Source: Spirochaetota bacterium (GTDB taxonomy: Bacteria; Spirochaetota; UBA4802; JAFGJZ01). From it: a DNA stretch of 64,000 bases. This document shows positions 18,422-29,073 of the stretch, one piece after another. The DNA lies in NCBI GenBank assembly GCA_016928815.1, contig JAFGJZ010000192.1:4407-68406 (forward strand), in the 5' to 3' direction. Made by a program: the position numbers and the translations under genes. Below the pieces are notes generated by a model that searched no databases, had not been told where the DNA came from, and saw only the letters and a program-made list of their open reading frames with translations. Position 1 is the stretch's first letter, and each line of letters opens with the position of its first letter.

Positions 18422-20422
18422 ATGGTAAAAAGTTTTTTTAACAGAAAAATGAACTTTTTTTCAGACAACCTTGTCCGGATGGCTGATTATCTGAAATCAG
18501 AATTTCCGGAACAGGCGGCACATGCTGTCAGTATCGGGGACAGTGCATGTAATAATTCTTTTTTATTTGATCCCCGGCGTAATATTGGCCGCAGTGCCGA
18601 ACCTGTTACATTTAAAGGCGCTATTGACTGGCTTTATCAGCCTGCTGATGATGAGGAATGGATTTATGCATTTAACCGCCATCAGTACTTCATCTGTCTT
18701 GGACAGTCATTTGTGCTGACCGGTGATGAGAAGTATGCGGAATGTTTTGTTTCCCATGCTGTTGACTGGATCCGCAGAATCGGTATTAATAACAGTGACA
18801 ATGCAAAGGCATGGAGAACGATTGATGCCGGGTTCAGGCTTGAAAACTGGCTCAAGGGTCTGTGTTTTTTTGAGAAAAGTCAATCTGTCCCGGATTCATT
18901 CCTTGAAGTTTTTTTCGGTTCAGTTATTGAACATGCTGAATATCTGATGCGGGAGTATGATACTTTCCGCCTTATGAGCAATTGGGGAGTTATACAGAAC
19001 CGCGGACTTTTTATGGCCGGTGTTATGCTTCCGGAGACAAAAAGAACCCGGGACTATGTTAAGGTTGCCCTTCAGCGTTTGACCGAAGAAATTAATATTC
19101 AGATCTACAGAGACGGTGTACACTGGGAACAGTCTCCCATGTATCATGTTGAGGTCCTGCATTGTTTTCTTGATGTCATTTTTATCGGGATCAGAAACGG
19201 AATCGTATTGCCGGAGGATATTTTAAATAAGACAAGGCAGATGTGCCGGGTTGTTCTTTTTTCACAAAAACCTGATCATCATGGACCCATGCAGGGTGAC
19301 AGTGACCGTTTGGATTTTCGCAATATTTTAACCAAAGGTGCATATGTATTTTCTGATTCTTTTTTAAAATCGGGCGCCCATGACAGGTTTGATTTTGAAA
19401 TATCCTGTGAATTCGGTTACAGGGCAAAGACCGAATATGATAAAATCGGAGCAGAAAAACCTGCTCAAGTTTCATTTGCATGCAGTGACAGCGGTAATTA
19501 TTATTTGCGCAGCGGCTGGGAACCTGAAAGTAATTATATGAGGTTTCATTGCGGTACTCTGGGGGCTGGACATGGCCATTCAGACAAACTGCATGTTGAC
19601 TTGTTTGCAAATGGTGAAGACATACTGGTTGATGCCGGACGTTTTACATATGTTGACTGCCCTGAACGCTATTTCTTCAAAGATCCGCCGGCTCATAATA
19701 CTGTAATAGTCGACGGATCCTTTTTTACCGTCTGTAAGGATTCGTGGGAATGTTCAAAGCTCTCCCAGCCGGTTAACCGGTCACACTATTTCAGTCAGGA
19801 GTATGACTTTCTGCAGGGCGGACATTTGGGTTACATGGATATTGGCGTTTTTCATAACCGGAAAATAGTCTATATTAAACCGGACATATATATCATTGCA
19901 GACGAGTTTTATACGTCAGGCAGACACAGGTATACACAGTTTTTCAACTTTAATAATACAGGATTTTTCAATACTGATGAAAGTATCATTTATACAGGAG
20001 CAGGAAATATTACCGAGTTAATATATCTTACTCCTGATATTGAAATACGTACAGAAGCTTCAAAAATGTCACGGGAGTATAACAGCTTTGAAGAAAACAG
20101 CGTTCTTGTAAGCGATCTTCAAGGTTCCGGTCCCTGTTCAATACTTATGGTGATTTCCACATCTTCATCGCAAGGTTTCGAAAAGCTTGAGGCGGAAAAG
20201 ATTCCTGTAGAGTCTAATTTCAAGGGAACAGTATTTCCGGACTTTCAGATAGAGGCACTGGCTGTTACGAAAGGCTGCAGGAAATATACAGTCGTCATTG
20301 CTCACCAGGAGTATGCTTCGCCAACAGATACATTTAATGCAAACGGGTGCGTTGGTTTCGGCAATGTGGTGGTTTTTAATAATACGAGCGAGAAGAAGGC
20401 CGGGTCGGTTCTTCTGTGGTAG
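18422..20422 (+). CDS. Heparinase II/III-like polysaccharide lyase (alginate-lyase-like N-domain + Hepar_II_III C-domain)
   Basis: 666 aa; GHGHSDKLHVDLFANGEDILVDAGRFTY matches Hepar_II_III motif; no signal peptide. Confidence 0.75.
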   Translation: MVKSFFNRKMNFFSDNLVRMADYLKSEFPEQAAHAVSIGDSACNNSFLFDPRRNIGRSAEPVTFKGAIDWLYQPADDEEWIYAFNRHQYFICLGQSFVLTGDEKYAECFVSHAVDWIRRIGINNSDNAKAWRTIDAGFRLENWLKGLCFFEKSQSVPDSFLEVFFGSVIEHAEYLMREYDTFRLMSNWGVIQNRGLFMAGVMLPETKRTRDYVKVALQRLTEEINIQIYRDGVHWEQSPMYHVEVLHCFLDVIFIGIRNGIVLPEDILNKTRQMCRVVLFSQKPDHHGPMQGDSDRLDFRNILTKGAYVFSDSFLKSGAHDRFDFEISCEFGYRAKTEYDKIGAEKPAQVSFACSDSGNYYLRSGWEPESNYMRFHCGTLGAGHGHSDKLHVDLFANGEDILVDAGRFTYVDCPERYFFKDPPAHNTVIVDGSFFTVCKDSWECSKLSQPVNRSHYFSQEYDFLQGGHLGYMDIGVFHNRKIVYIKPDIYIIADEFYTSGRHRYTQFFNFNNTGFFNTDESIIYTGAGNITELIYLTPDIEIRTEASKMSREYNSFEENSVLVSDLQGSGPCSILMVISTSSSQGFEKLEAEKIPVESNFKGTVFPDFQIEALAVTKGCRKYTVVIAHQEYASPTDTFNANGCVGFGNVVVFNNTSEKKAGSVLLW

Positions 20423-20460
20423 TAAAATATAATTCGGTATTATAAATAAGGAGATTTGAA

Positions 20461-21582
20461 ATGGAAAACACAAACGGCAGTGCATGGATCACAGATGCCT
20501 GGAATGATATAGAAAAAAAAATTGAAAAGACAAGCAGACGGATCGGAGCGTCATTTCCGCATAAATCTGTGAACGGCAAATACGACAATGAAGTTATTGA
20601 CTGGTGGACAAACGGTTTCTGGCCGGGGCTTATGTGGCTGATGTATGTTGGCACTAAAAATGATTTCTATAAAAGCATTGCAGAGCAGTGTGAATTGAAA
20701 CTTGATGAAGCGCTGACAACTTCATTTTACGGACTGCACCATGATGTAGGATTTATGTGGCTTCCTACATCTGTAGCAAATTACCGTATTACCGGAAACA
20801 AAGAATCCCGGAGGAGGGGATTGATTGCAGCCGCCTATCTATGTTCACGGTTTAATATTCGCGGAAACTTTATCCGTGCATGGAATGAAGACAGGGTAGG
20901 CTGGGCGATTATAGACAGTATGATGAATCTCCCTCTGCTCAACTGGGCAAGTAATGAAACAGGAGATCCCCGTTATGCCTTTATTGCCGAGGCTCATGCC
21001 GAAAAGGTAATGAATAATTTTATTAGAAATGACGGTTCTGTGGACCATATCGTTAATTTTGATCCTAATACAGGTGAGAAAATAGAATCTTTTGGAGGGC
21101 AGGGATATGAAAACGGTTCCTCCTGGTCAAGGGGCCAGGCCTGGGCAATTTACGGATTTGTCATTCTGTATAGGAATACAGGAAATGCTGTCTATCTGGA
21201 TGCCGCCAAAAGGATAGCTCATTATTTTATGGCAGCCCTGCCGGATGATTTTGTAGCTCCGAGTGACTTTCGTGCTCCGGCTGAAGGAGACGCGATTAAG
21301 GATGTTACGGCAACAGCCTGCGCGGCATCGGCTCTGCTGGACATTTCAGAGAGCGTTTCCGATTATCAGAAAGGAATGTATGAGAATAAGGCAAAAAAAA
21401 TGCTGCAATCCCTGTATGAAAATTACGGGGCATGGAATGAAGCCGAAGAAGGTCTTCTTACAAAGGGTACAATAGACTATCATCAGAAATCAACACGGAA
21501 TATTCCTGTAATTTATGGAGATTTTTATTTCGTTGAAGCTGTTATGAAGCTTTCAGGAAAAGGATTTTCAGTGTGGTATTAA
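20461..21582 (+). CDS. Unsaturated glucuronyl hydrolase, glycoside hydrolase family 88
   Basis: 373 aa; block-wise match to Bacillus UGL: DWWTNGFWPGLMWL, HHDVGFMW, NLPLLNWASNETGDPRY, SWSRGQAWAIYGF, IYGDFYFVEAVMKL. Confidence 0.9.
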   Translation: MENTNGSAWITDAWNDIEKKIEKTSRRIGASFPHKSVNGKYDNEVIDWWTNGFWPGLMWLMYVGTKNDFYKSIAEQCELKLDEALTTSFYGLHHDVGFMWLPTSVANYRITGNKESRRRGLIAAAYLCSRFNIRGNFIRAWNEDRVGWAIIDSMMNLPLLNWASNETGDPRYAFIAEAHAEKVMNNFIRNDGSVDHIVNFDPNTGEKIESFGGQGYENGSSWSRGQAWAIYGFVILYRNTGNAVYLDAAKRIAHYFMAALPDDFVAPSDFRAPAEGDAIKDVTATACAASALLDISESVSDYQKGMYENKAKKMLQSLYENYGAWNEAEEGLLTKGTIDYHQKSTRNIPVIYGDFYFVEAVMKLSGKGFSVWY

Positions 21583-21585
21583 AAT

Positions 21586-22395
21586 ATGGACTATAAATTT
21601 CTGGGAATAGATGAGGGCAGACAGAATCTTTTTAAGGGAAGTACTGCATCTGATACTCTTGAATGGAAAACTTCACTGGAAAAATATCCAATTGCAAGAT
21701 CAATGCAGATAATCGGTGATGATCTGGTACTTGCCGGGTATGATAACGGTTATTTTACCATAGAGATTTCTACAGGAAAAATTATCCATAGCTGCAGCCG
21801 CTGGAAAGAAGTCACATCGGTTACCAGAACCGAAGAAGGCAGAATACTTATCACCGGTACAGATCTTGAGAACTGCAGGGGTGTCTGTGTTGTAACACTT
21901 GATGAGAATGATAATGTCATAAGAAAAGTTTCAAGGAAAGGGCGATATGTGCGTCTGATGGGTGTGCCTGATAAAAATACATATCTTCTCAGTATGAACA
22001 GGATTGTACTTGAAACAGACAGTTCTCTCAGGATCAGATGTCGATTCAGGTCACGGAAATTTTTGCACGTATGGAAATCACTCCGCCTTGCTGATGACAC
22101 AACTGTGATTTCCGCCGGGTACGGAGCCTGCATGATCAGGTTCTCAAAGAAAGGGAAGGTGATTCAGAAATTCGGTACAATAGATGATGTTCCAGGGGAG
22201 GTCTCTCCGTTTTTTTACGGCGGCTGCGAGCTGGCTCCGGATGGCAATATACTTGTGGCTAACTGGCAGGGACATGGACCGTCAAACGGCGGAAAAGGCC
22301 GGCAGCTGCTCTGTTTTTCCGGTGAAGGAAAATATATTACAAGCTGGTCATATCCTGAAGAGGTCTCTTCATTTCAGGGATTACTGCTTCTCTAA
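21586..22395 (+). CDS. Hypothetical protein (269 aa) co-transcribed with GH88
   Basis: Starts 4 bp after GH88 stop; no recognisable domain. Confidence 0.5.
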   Translation: MDYKFLGIDEGRQNLFKGSTASDTLEWKTSLEKYPIARSMQIIGDDLVLAGYDNGYFTIEISTGKIIHSCSRWKEVTSVTRTEEGRILITGTDLENCRGVCVVTLDENDNVIRKVSRKGRYVRLMGVPDKNTYLLSMNRIVLETDSSLRIRCRFRSRKFLHVWKSLRLADDTTVISAGYGACMIRFSKKGKVIQKFGTIDDVPGEVSPFFYGGCELAPDGNILVANWQGHGPSNGGKGRQLLCFSGEGKYITSWSYPEEVSSFQGLLLL

Positions 22396-22473
22396 TCCGT
22401 TGAATTTTTTCCTTTTCCCCCGCAGAGACAGCGGTTAAAATGTTTAAATAGACAGGAGTAAAGGACTGAAATC

Positions 22474-24345
22474 ATGATAAATAAAATTCTTGCTGAAAAC
22501 AGTCTATCCACAAGGCAGGATCTGGAAGATGCATTTCTTGAAATGCTGAATCCCTATTTATGTAAACTGAGCCCCGGAAAAGCTTCAGTTGATCCGGGTA
22601 CTACTGCTGCAATATTTTCGGAACGTGCAGCCGGTCTTGAAGGTTTTTCGAGACTGCTTTGGGGGATTGTTCCTTTTTTAAAGGGCACAGAAAATGTTAA
22701 AAAAGCGGATGAGCTGACAGATATAATTCTAAAAGGAATAAGCTGCGGTACAGATCCTGATCATAAAGAGTTCTGGGGTATCCCTGACAACTATGATCAG
22801 GTTATGGTGGAAATGGGGGCATTTGCCTATGCACTTCTGATGGTGCCTGAAAAAATATGGGATCCTCTTGACAATAAGCAGAAACAGAATTTTTCCGGAT
22901 GGCTGCAGTATATTAATGATAGGAATATTCCCGACTGCAACTGGGTATTTTTCAGAATACTGGTAAATGCAGCTCTTGTCAAACTGGGAATTACTCCTGT
23001 ACATCCTGAGCTTCTGTCTGAATCTCTGAAAATTGCAGACTCTTTTTATCTTGATGAAAACGGCTGGTATAACGACGGCTATCCTGATCAAAGGAGGGCG
23101 AGGGATTACTATGTTCCCTGGGCCATGCATTTTTACGGTATGGTATTTTCGGCATATTGTGAAGACCTCTATCCTGGGTATGCAGAAAAATATAAGCGGC
23201 GTGCTCTTGAGTATTATGATGAGTTCTCCAGGTGGTTTGACAGTGACGGCCGAGCACTTCCGTTTGGAAGAAGTCTGACCTACCGCTTTGCACAGTGCTC
23301 GTTCTGGGGAGCGATTCCTCTTGCATTTAATGACGGTATTGACTGGAGCCGTACAAGGGGTCTGTTTGCATCAAATATGCGATGGTGGTTCAATCAGTCC
23401 ATGTTTGATGGTGCCGGTCTTTTGTCAGTCGGATACTGTTATCCGAACCAGTATATGGCTGAACGGTATAATTCTGCAAACTCTCCTTTGTGGGCATTTA
23501 AATCTTTTGCTCCGCTTGCTTTGAAAGAGAATCATCCATTCTGGAAAGCTTCAGAATTGAGGCCTTCAGCAGCAGAAAATGCACTTCAGCAATCTACTGG
23601 CATGTTCTTCTGTACCAGAGAAAATACAGGACATCTTCATGTGCTTAGCGCCGGTCAGTGGATACCGGGAATATACAACGAGCATCTGCATATGGCTGAG
23701 AAATATGCAAAGTTTGCTTACTCTGCATATTTCGGATTTAATGTTGTAACAGACGGATACGGTATTGATAAAATGGCTGCAGATAACATGCTGCTTCTTG
23801 GTGAGGATGAAGATGAAGGATTTTACCGCTATCGGAAAGGAAGCATCATTCATGAAGTAAAAAAGGATTGTCTGAGATTTGAATGGAAACCCTTTCATGA
23901 TGTAAAAGTGGATACATGGCTCCTGCCGATAAATGAAGGCAGGTGGCATATCAGAATTCACAAAATAAAATCAGAGAGAACTCTTTTTTCTGCAGAAGGC
24001 GGCTTTCCACTTGGATTTAATGACGATTACTATCCTGTACCAAATTTTGAAGATACATTGCAGGAGAATCAGGCTTTTGCCATAACTGGTCTGGGAGCAA
24101 GCTGTATTGCCGGTATCGGCGGCAGCAGAAAGGGGTATTTGATACCATCCTGTCCCAATGCAAATATAATGTTTCCAAGAAGTCTTGTTCCTGTACTGAA
24201 GGGGAAACACAGGCCGGGAGAATTTCTTCTTGTCTGTGCTGTTTCGGCTAATCCTGACCCCGGAGGAATTACTGATGTTCCGGAGAAAAATGATTTTATT
24301 AATATTATTCCCGAAGAAATTCGTCAATTAATGATGGAGAATTAA
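22474..24345 (+). CDS. DUF2264-like protein (623 aa)
   Basis: N-terminal region (EGFSRLLWGIVPF) resembles DUF2264 proteins that co-occur with GH88/lyase genes; assignment from memory. Confidence 0.5.
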   Translation: MINKILAENSLSTRQDLEDAFLEMLNPYLCKLSPGKASVDPGTTAAIFSERAAGLEGFSRLLWGIVPFLKGTENVKKADELTDIILKGISCGTDPDHKEFWGIPDNYDQVMVEMGAFAYALLMVPEKIWDPLDNKQKQNFSGWLQYINDRNIPDCNWVFFRILVNAALVKLGITPVHPELLSESLKIADSFYLDENGWYNDGYPDQRRARDYYVPWAMHFYGMVFSAYCEDLYPGYAEKYKRRALEYYDEFSRWFDSDGRALPFGRSLTYRFAQCSFWGAIPLAFNDGIDWSRTRGLFASNMRWWFNQSMFDGAGLLSVGYCYPNQYMAERYNSANSPLWAFKSFAPLALKENHPFWKASELRPSAAENALQQSTGMFFCTRENTGHLHVLSAGQWIPGIYNEHLHMAEKYAKFAYSAYFGFNVVTDGYGIDKMAADNMLLLGEDEDEGFYRYRKGSIIHEVKKDCLRFEWKPFHDVKVDTWLLPINEGRWHIRIHKIKSERTLFSAEGGFPLGFNDDYYPVPNFEDTLQENQAFAITGLGASCIAGIGGSRKGYLIPSCPNANIMFPRSLVPVLKGKHRPGEFLLVCAVSANPDPGGITDVPEKNDFINIIPEEIRQLMMEN

Positions 24346-24399
24346 AATTATTTTAAAATGCATGACTGATAATTATGCAGAAGGTAAACCATTCTGAGA

Positions 24400-25497
24400 T
24401 CAGGATTCAATTCTGTTGCGTCCTTTTCTTTTGGCAAGATACAGTTTTTCATCCGCTTTTTTTATCAGTTCATCAATATTTTCATTTCCTGAAAATTCAG
24501 CAATTCCTATACTGACTGTTACCGGATAGGGGACTCCTTTAAAAGTATAATCTTCAATTTCCTTCCTGAGTCTTTCAGCGGCCGAACAGGCTGTCTTTTT
24601 GCTTGCACCGATAAGAATTATTAAAAATTCCTCACCTCCGAATCTTGTTATTATGTCCTCATCCCTGCATACACCTGTCACTATGGCTGAAAATTCAAAA
24701 AGAACGGAATCGCCTGTAAGATGTCCGAAGGAATCATTAATTTTTTTGAAATGATCAATATCAGCCATCATGATGGAAAAAGACTTTGCGTTGCGCAGAA
24801 ACCGGCTTTTTTCGTTCTCGAGAATAAAGTACAGATAACGCCGGTTGAATACTCCAGTCAGACTGTCTCTATAGGAGAGAATTTCAAGCTCCTTTGTTTT
24901 TTCCTCAAGCTTGACTGATATGTGATAGTTTTTTTTATGTGATTTGTTGTTTAAAAATGCAAGCACGATTGAAATAAGAGAATATACCAGTATGTCAATA
25001 ATTCTGAGTATTCCAAGACTGGTACCTGTAAAGGAATGCAGAAGAAAAATCAGAAGAAGCGCATTGCCGGAAAGAAGATTAACAAGAATAAGATTAGTTT
25101 CCCTGTATATGATCGCCAGAATCAACTGTGCCATTATAAACGGGATTATTTCATTTGTATTAATGCTGTCCAGAGTTGAAAGGCATATCAGGCAGAAGCT
25201 GTAGATGCTTACGGCTGTGAGATTAAAGTACCTGATAACCCTTATCGAACATTTTTTTTTAAGAATACAGATTATAACAAGATATAAAAGCGACATTATT
25301 ATACTGATGAGATAAACCAGTGTGTAATAATTTTTTAAATTATCGGGGAGTATACCCTTAATGGCAATTCCGAGGATAAAATAAATACCGAAAACGTTCA
25401 GAATTATAAATGACATGAGCCTGATAATGTTGATATTCTGGATACTGAAAAATTTTACATAATTGTTTTTATCACTCTGTTTTATCAAAATAACCAC
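24400..25497 (-). CDS. Membrane-anchored diguanylate cyclase (GGDEF)
   Basis: N-terminal multi-TM region; C-terminal GGDEF domain with RFGGEEF active-site motif. Confidence 0.85.
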   Translation of the reverse strand: MVILIKQSDKNNYVKFFSIQNINIIRLMSFIILNVFGIYFILGIAIKGILPDNLKNYYTLVYLISIIMSLLYLVIICILKKKCSIRVIRYFNLTAVSIYSFCLICLSTLDSINTNEIIPFIMAQLILAIIYRETNLILVNLLSGNALLLIFLLHSFTGTSLGILRIIDILVYSLISIVLAFLNNKSHKKNYHISVKLEEKTKELEILSYRDSLTGVFNRRYLYFILENEKSRFLRNAKSFSIMMADIDHFKKINDSFGHLTGDSVLFEFSAIVTGVCRDEDIITRFGGEEFLIILIGASKKTACSAAERLRKEIEDYTFKGVPYPVTVSIGIAEFSGNENIDELIKKADEKLYLAKRKGRNRIES

Positions 25498-25735
25498 ACA
25501 TAATTCTTATTTGCTGCATTTCGTGTATGCATTATTGTAAAAAAATATTATGAAAAAGTCAAGCTATTGTACTGCGGATATTGTCTATTTGAAGGTTCAT
25601 CCATTTTTTTTTAATTTATTAAAAGCAATTCCTGAACTGATTATCTTTATCTTTCATATATTTTATAAAATTACTCTTGATTTTAAAGTCAATTGATATC
25701 TTCTATGAAAAATATTTTTATAAAAGGAAAACCGC

Positions 25736-26275
25736 ATGATAAATGAAATTAAAGCTATATATAGAAATGATCCTGCGGCAAGAGGACTTGAAGCAGTGCT
25801 TTATCCGGGTTTTCATGCAGTAGTGATTCACAAGTATTTAATTCATCCTTTATATAAATTCAAATTAAGATTCATTTCGCGGTTTTTATCCCAGCTTGTA
25901 AGATTTTTTACCGGAATAGAAATACATCCGGGCGCTGTCATTGGGAAAGGTCTTTTTATTGATCATGGAATGGGTACGGTTATCGGCGAAACTGTAATAA
26001 TCGGTGATAACTGTGTTCTCTTTCATAATGTCACTCTCGGCGGAACAGGACATCATTCCGGAAAAAGGCATCCGACGGTCGGCAGCAATGTGCTTATCGG
26101 AGCAAATGCAACGGTATTGGGTCCCGGGGTGATAGGCAGTAACTGTAAAATAGGTGCGGAAACAGTTATTATAAACTGTGTTATTCCGGATAATTCAACG
26201 GTGGTAGGAGCACCCGGAAGAATTGTCCGGCTGAACGGTAAAAAAGTATCTATTGAACCTGAATTAATTAAATAA
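25736..26275 (+). CDS. Serine O-acetyltransferase-like hexapeptide acyltransferase (short form)
   Basis: 179 aa; IHPGAVIGKGLFIDHGMGTVIGETVIIGDNCVLFHNVTLGG...GKRHPTVG matches CysE C-terminal LbH core. Confidence 0.65.
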   Translation: MINEIKAIYRNDPAARGLEAVLYPGFHAVVIHKYLIHPLYKFKLRFISRFLSQLVRFFTGIEIHPGAVIGKGLFIDHGMGTVIGETVIIGDNCVLFHNVTLGGTGHHSGKRHPTVGSNVLIGANATVLGPGVIGSNCKIGAETVIINCVIPDNSTVVGAPGRIVRLNGKKVSIEPELIK

Positions 26276-26403
26276 TAAATCTGATTTTTCACTCTTCATA
26301 TGTTTCAGGCATCCTGATTCATCCGGATAAAAATCAGGGATAATAAATTTGACAATAACCGTTTAATGATATAGTATCAGGGGACTATTGTAAAATATTT
26401 CTA

Positions 26404-29013
26404 ATGAAGCCTGAAAAATACATCAATAACCGGAAAAATGCATATATGAAATCAGAAGATGAAAATAATAATTCTTTGCATCTATTTAAGCTGTTTCCGC
26501 GCTATGTAATCATACGGACGTTTATTCTGTCCCCCCTTTATGTTTTAATTCTCGGAATTGCAATGGACCGGCTTTTCCGTCCAGAGGGAATTTACCGTAT
26601 TATGTTTGCTTCAGTTCTTGCCGTGACATATCTGTCTGGAACTATTATTCTTTTTATGGTAATGAAAAAATTAATTTCACGGCAGTATCGTTATTTATCG
26701 GCAGATGAAAAGACATCGGATAAGGGGATGAATTTTGCAGTTAAAAGATATTTCAAACTTCCTTTTCTCTTTTCAATATCCAATGCTGCCGCATGGTTTG
26801 CGCTTGCACCTCTTATTGTCTTCATGATGTCACTGTTTATAATTCCGACTGTTAGTGATTTTGTCGCACTCGGAGGAATTATATTCATTGCTGCCCTATT
26901 TTCCTCCATTCAGGTTTATGTATCTGCTGATTTCGGAATCAGCAGAATACTTGAAAGCGGAATTTTCGGATGGATTCATCCGGATGAAATTGAGAAAAAC
27001 CTGAATGGACGGCTTGCGGGAAAAATCAGTCTGCTGGTTATTGCACTGCTAACGGGAATAATGGCTTTTATTCTGACATTTTCATTTATGCTTGAAAATT
27101 CCACTCAAAGAAAACTTTACATTGAACAGATGAATATTTCAAATGAATCCCTTAATAAATCACTGAACATGTTTTACAGTGAAAGAATACAGGATGCTGA
27201 GTCTATTCTGAAAAGTGATAATTTTCTGACTGCGATAAGAACCGGCAATTACGAAATGGTTAGTAATATTCTGAAAGTTTTATATGGTGACGGAAGTCTT
27301 TATGAAAATATCTTCTGCTCAACAGCCGCCGCATCTTCAAAAATTTTCAGTGCCGCGCGTAAGGAATCCATTGGACTGATTTATAATCATGCCGAATATC
27401 TTAAGAATTATGAAGAGGCGCTTGATTCAAAATCACATATAAGCAATGTGGGGCTGTCGCCGCTTACAAAGGAAAATGTAATAATGATTTCCATTCCGGT
27501 AATTGACGGCGGTAAGGTTGTATCCGTACTAGCAATGACCCTGAAAGCAAATACCGCTTTTGAAATGATATTAAGCAGAGATGATCATTCTGTTTTCAGA
27601 AGCGATGACCTGGACAATAAATACTACCAGTTTGTCATGGACAGAAATTATTTCATTTTTTCCCATACCATGCCTGACATGACAATGAAGTATATACTTC
27701 TTCAGGATTTTGGAAAATTTCTCAAAGGGTCGGAATCAGAGAAATATGTTAAAAGTTATTTTAACGGTACCATCATGTATACCATTCTGTACAAGGATGA
27801 TAAATCCAGTTTTATTACCGGTTATTCAATAGGTGTAAACGTAATTGAATATGAGATTCTTAAAACGCAGCTTATAATTTTTACGGCAGGGATGCTTATC
27901 GTATTTATAATCGGATTTATCATTTATTATCTTGTAAAAAGAAAATTAAAACCATTAAGCTCTTTTGAACGGCTCATGTATGAAATATCCTCCGGAAATC
28001 TTGACCTTGCTGTTAAGCTGTCATCTGATGATGAAACAGGCCGGATGACCCTGAGTGTGATTAAATTCCTCAGTACTTTAAAAGAAATAATAGGAAAACT
28101 TCAGGAAGTATCAGCCGAGCTTTCCTCATCTTCCGATGAACTTTCAAGCACATCACTCTCATTTGCATCTAATGCACAGAGCCAGTCAGCATCTTCCGAG
28201 GAGATAACGGCGACAATAGAGGAAGTATCTGCAGGTGTTGAAAACACTTCGGTTTCTTCAATACAGCAGTCTGAATCACTTAAGGAACTTATTAACCAGA
28301 TGCAGTCGCTGTCATCAAGCATAGAAGACATGAACCGTAATCTCTCGAATGCAAGGGCAATTGCAGTAGAATCATCAAACCGTGCAGAGGCGGGAGGCGA
28401 GATGATAAAAGCAATGGAAAAAAGCATGAACACGATAACTGCAAGTTCCGAAGAGATGACGAATATAGTCGGGATAATCAATAACATTTCCAATCAGACA
28501 AATCTTCTGTCCTTAAACGCCGCCATTGAGGCTGCACGTGCAGGGGAGGCAGGCAAGGGTTTTGCTGTTGTCGCAAGTGAAATTTCGAAGCTGGCCGATC
28601 AGACCGCTTCAAGTATAAAGGAGATAGACTCCCTGATTAATTCAAATACTCTGGAAATTGAAAACGGAATGAAAAATACTCAGATGACGATGGAATCCAT
28701 CAATACAATAATACACGGCGTCTCCGAAATCAATCAGATGATGAATATGCTTGCTGATTTCATGGAAAAACAGCTGGTTACGAATAACAGTGTCAATCAG
28801 CATGCTGCCGACGTACAGCGGCGATCGGATGAAATTAAAAACGGAACCACAGAGCAGCAGAATGCAATGGGTGAAATTGTAAATGCCATTTCCAACATAA
28901 ATGAGCTGACTCAGGCAAATGCATCCGGTTCCGAAGAAATGGCCGCAAACTCCAAAAATCTTTCAGATATGGCTGAAAAACTCAGACTTGGTCTTGGATT
29001 TTTTAAATTGTAG
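26404..29013 (+). CDS. Methyl-accepting chemotaxis protein with N-terminal 4-TM module and dCache-like sensor
   Basis: 869 aa; C-terminal MCP signalling domain ([28 protein letters not shown]), HAMP, extracytoplasmic Cache-like region between TM5 and TM6. Confidence 0.85.
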   Translation: MKPEKYINNRKNAYMKSEDENNNSLHLFKLFPRYVIIRTFILSPLYVLILGIAMDRLFRPEGIYRIMFASVLAVTYLSGTIILFMVMKKLISRQYRYLSADEKTSDKGMNFAVKRYFKLPFLFSISNAAAWFALAPLIVFMMSLFIIPTVSDFVALGGIIFIAALFSSIQVYVSADFGISRILESGIFGWIHPDEIEKNLNGRLAGKISLLVIALLTGIMAFILTFSFMLENSTQRKLYIEQMNISNESLNKSLNMFYSERIQDAESILKSDNFLTAIRTGNYEMVSNILKVLYGDGSLYENIFCSTAAASSKIFSAARKESIGLIYNHAEYLKNYEEALDSKSHISNVGLSPLTKENVIMISIPVIDGGKVVSVLAMTLKANTAFEMILSRDDHSVFRSDDLDNKYYQFVMDRNYFIFSHTMPDMTMKYILLQDFGKFLKGSESEKYVKSYFNGTIMYTILYKDDKSSFITGYSIGVNVIEYEILKTQLIIFTAGMLIVFIIGFIIYYLVKRKLKPLSSFERLMYEISSGNLDLAVKLSSDDETGRMTLSVIKFLSTLKEIIGKLQEVSAELSSSSDELSSTSLSFASNAQSQSASSEEITATIEEVSAGVENTSVSSIQQSESLKELINQMQSLSSSIEDMNRNLSNARAIAVESSNRAEAGGEMIKAMEKSMNTITASSEEMTNIVGIINNISNQTNLLSLNAAIEAARAGEAGKGFAVVASEISKLADQTASSIKEIDSLINSNTLEIENGMKNTQMTMESINTIIHGVSEINQMMNMLADFMEKQLVTNNSVNQHAADVQRRSDEIKNGTTEQQNAMGEIVNAISNINELTQANASGSEEMAANSKNLSDMAEKLRLGLGFFKL

Positions 29014-29073
29014 CATGCCGGCAGTATTGATTTCAGCAGTTTCGCGTTTATGCCGGTTTATTGAAAAATAATT

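Noticed and set aside
28101-28493. 130-aa minus-strand acidic/Ser-rich ORF
   Set aside because: Antisense shadow of the Ala/Ser/Glu-rich MCP signalling domain; compositional artefact.
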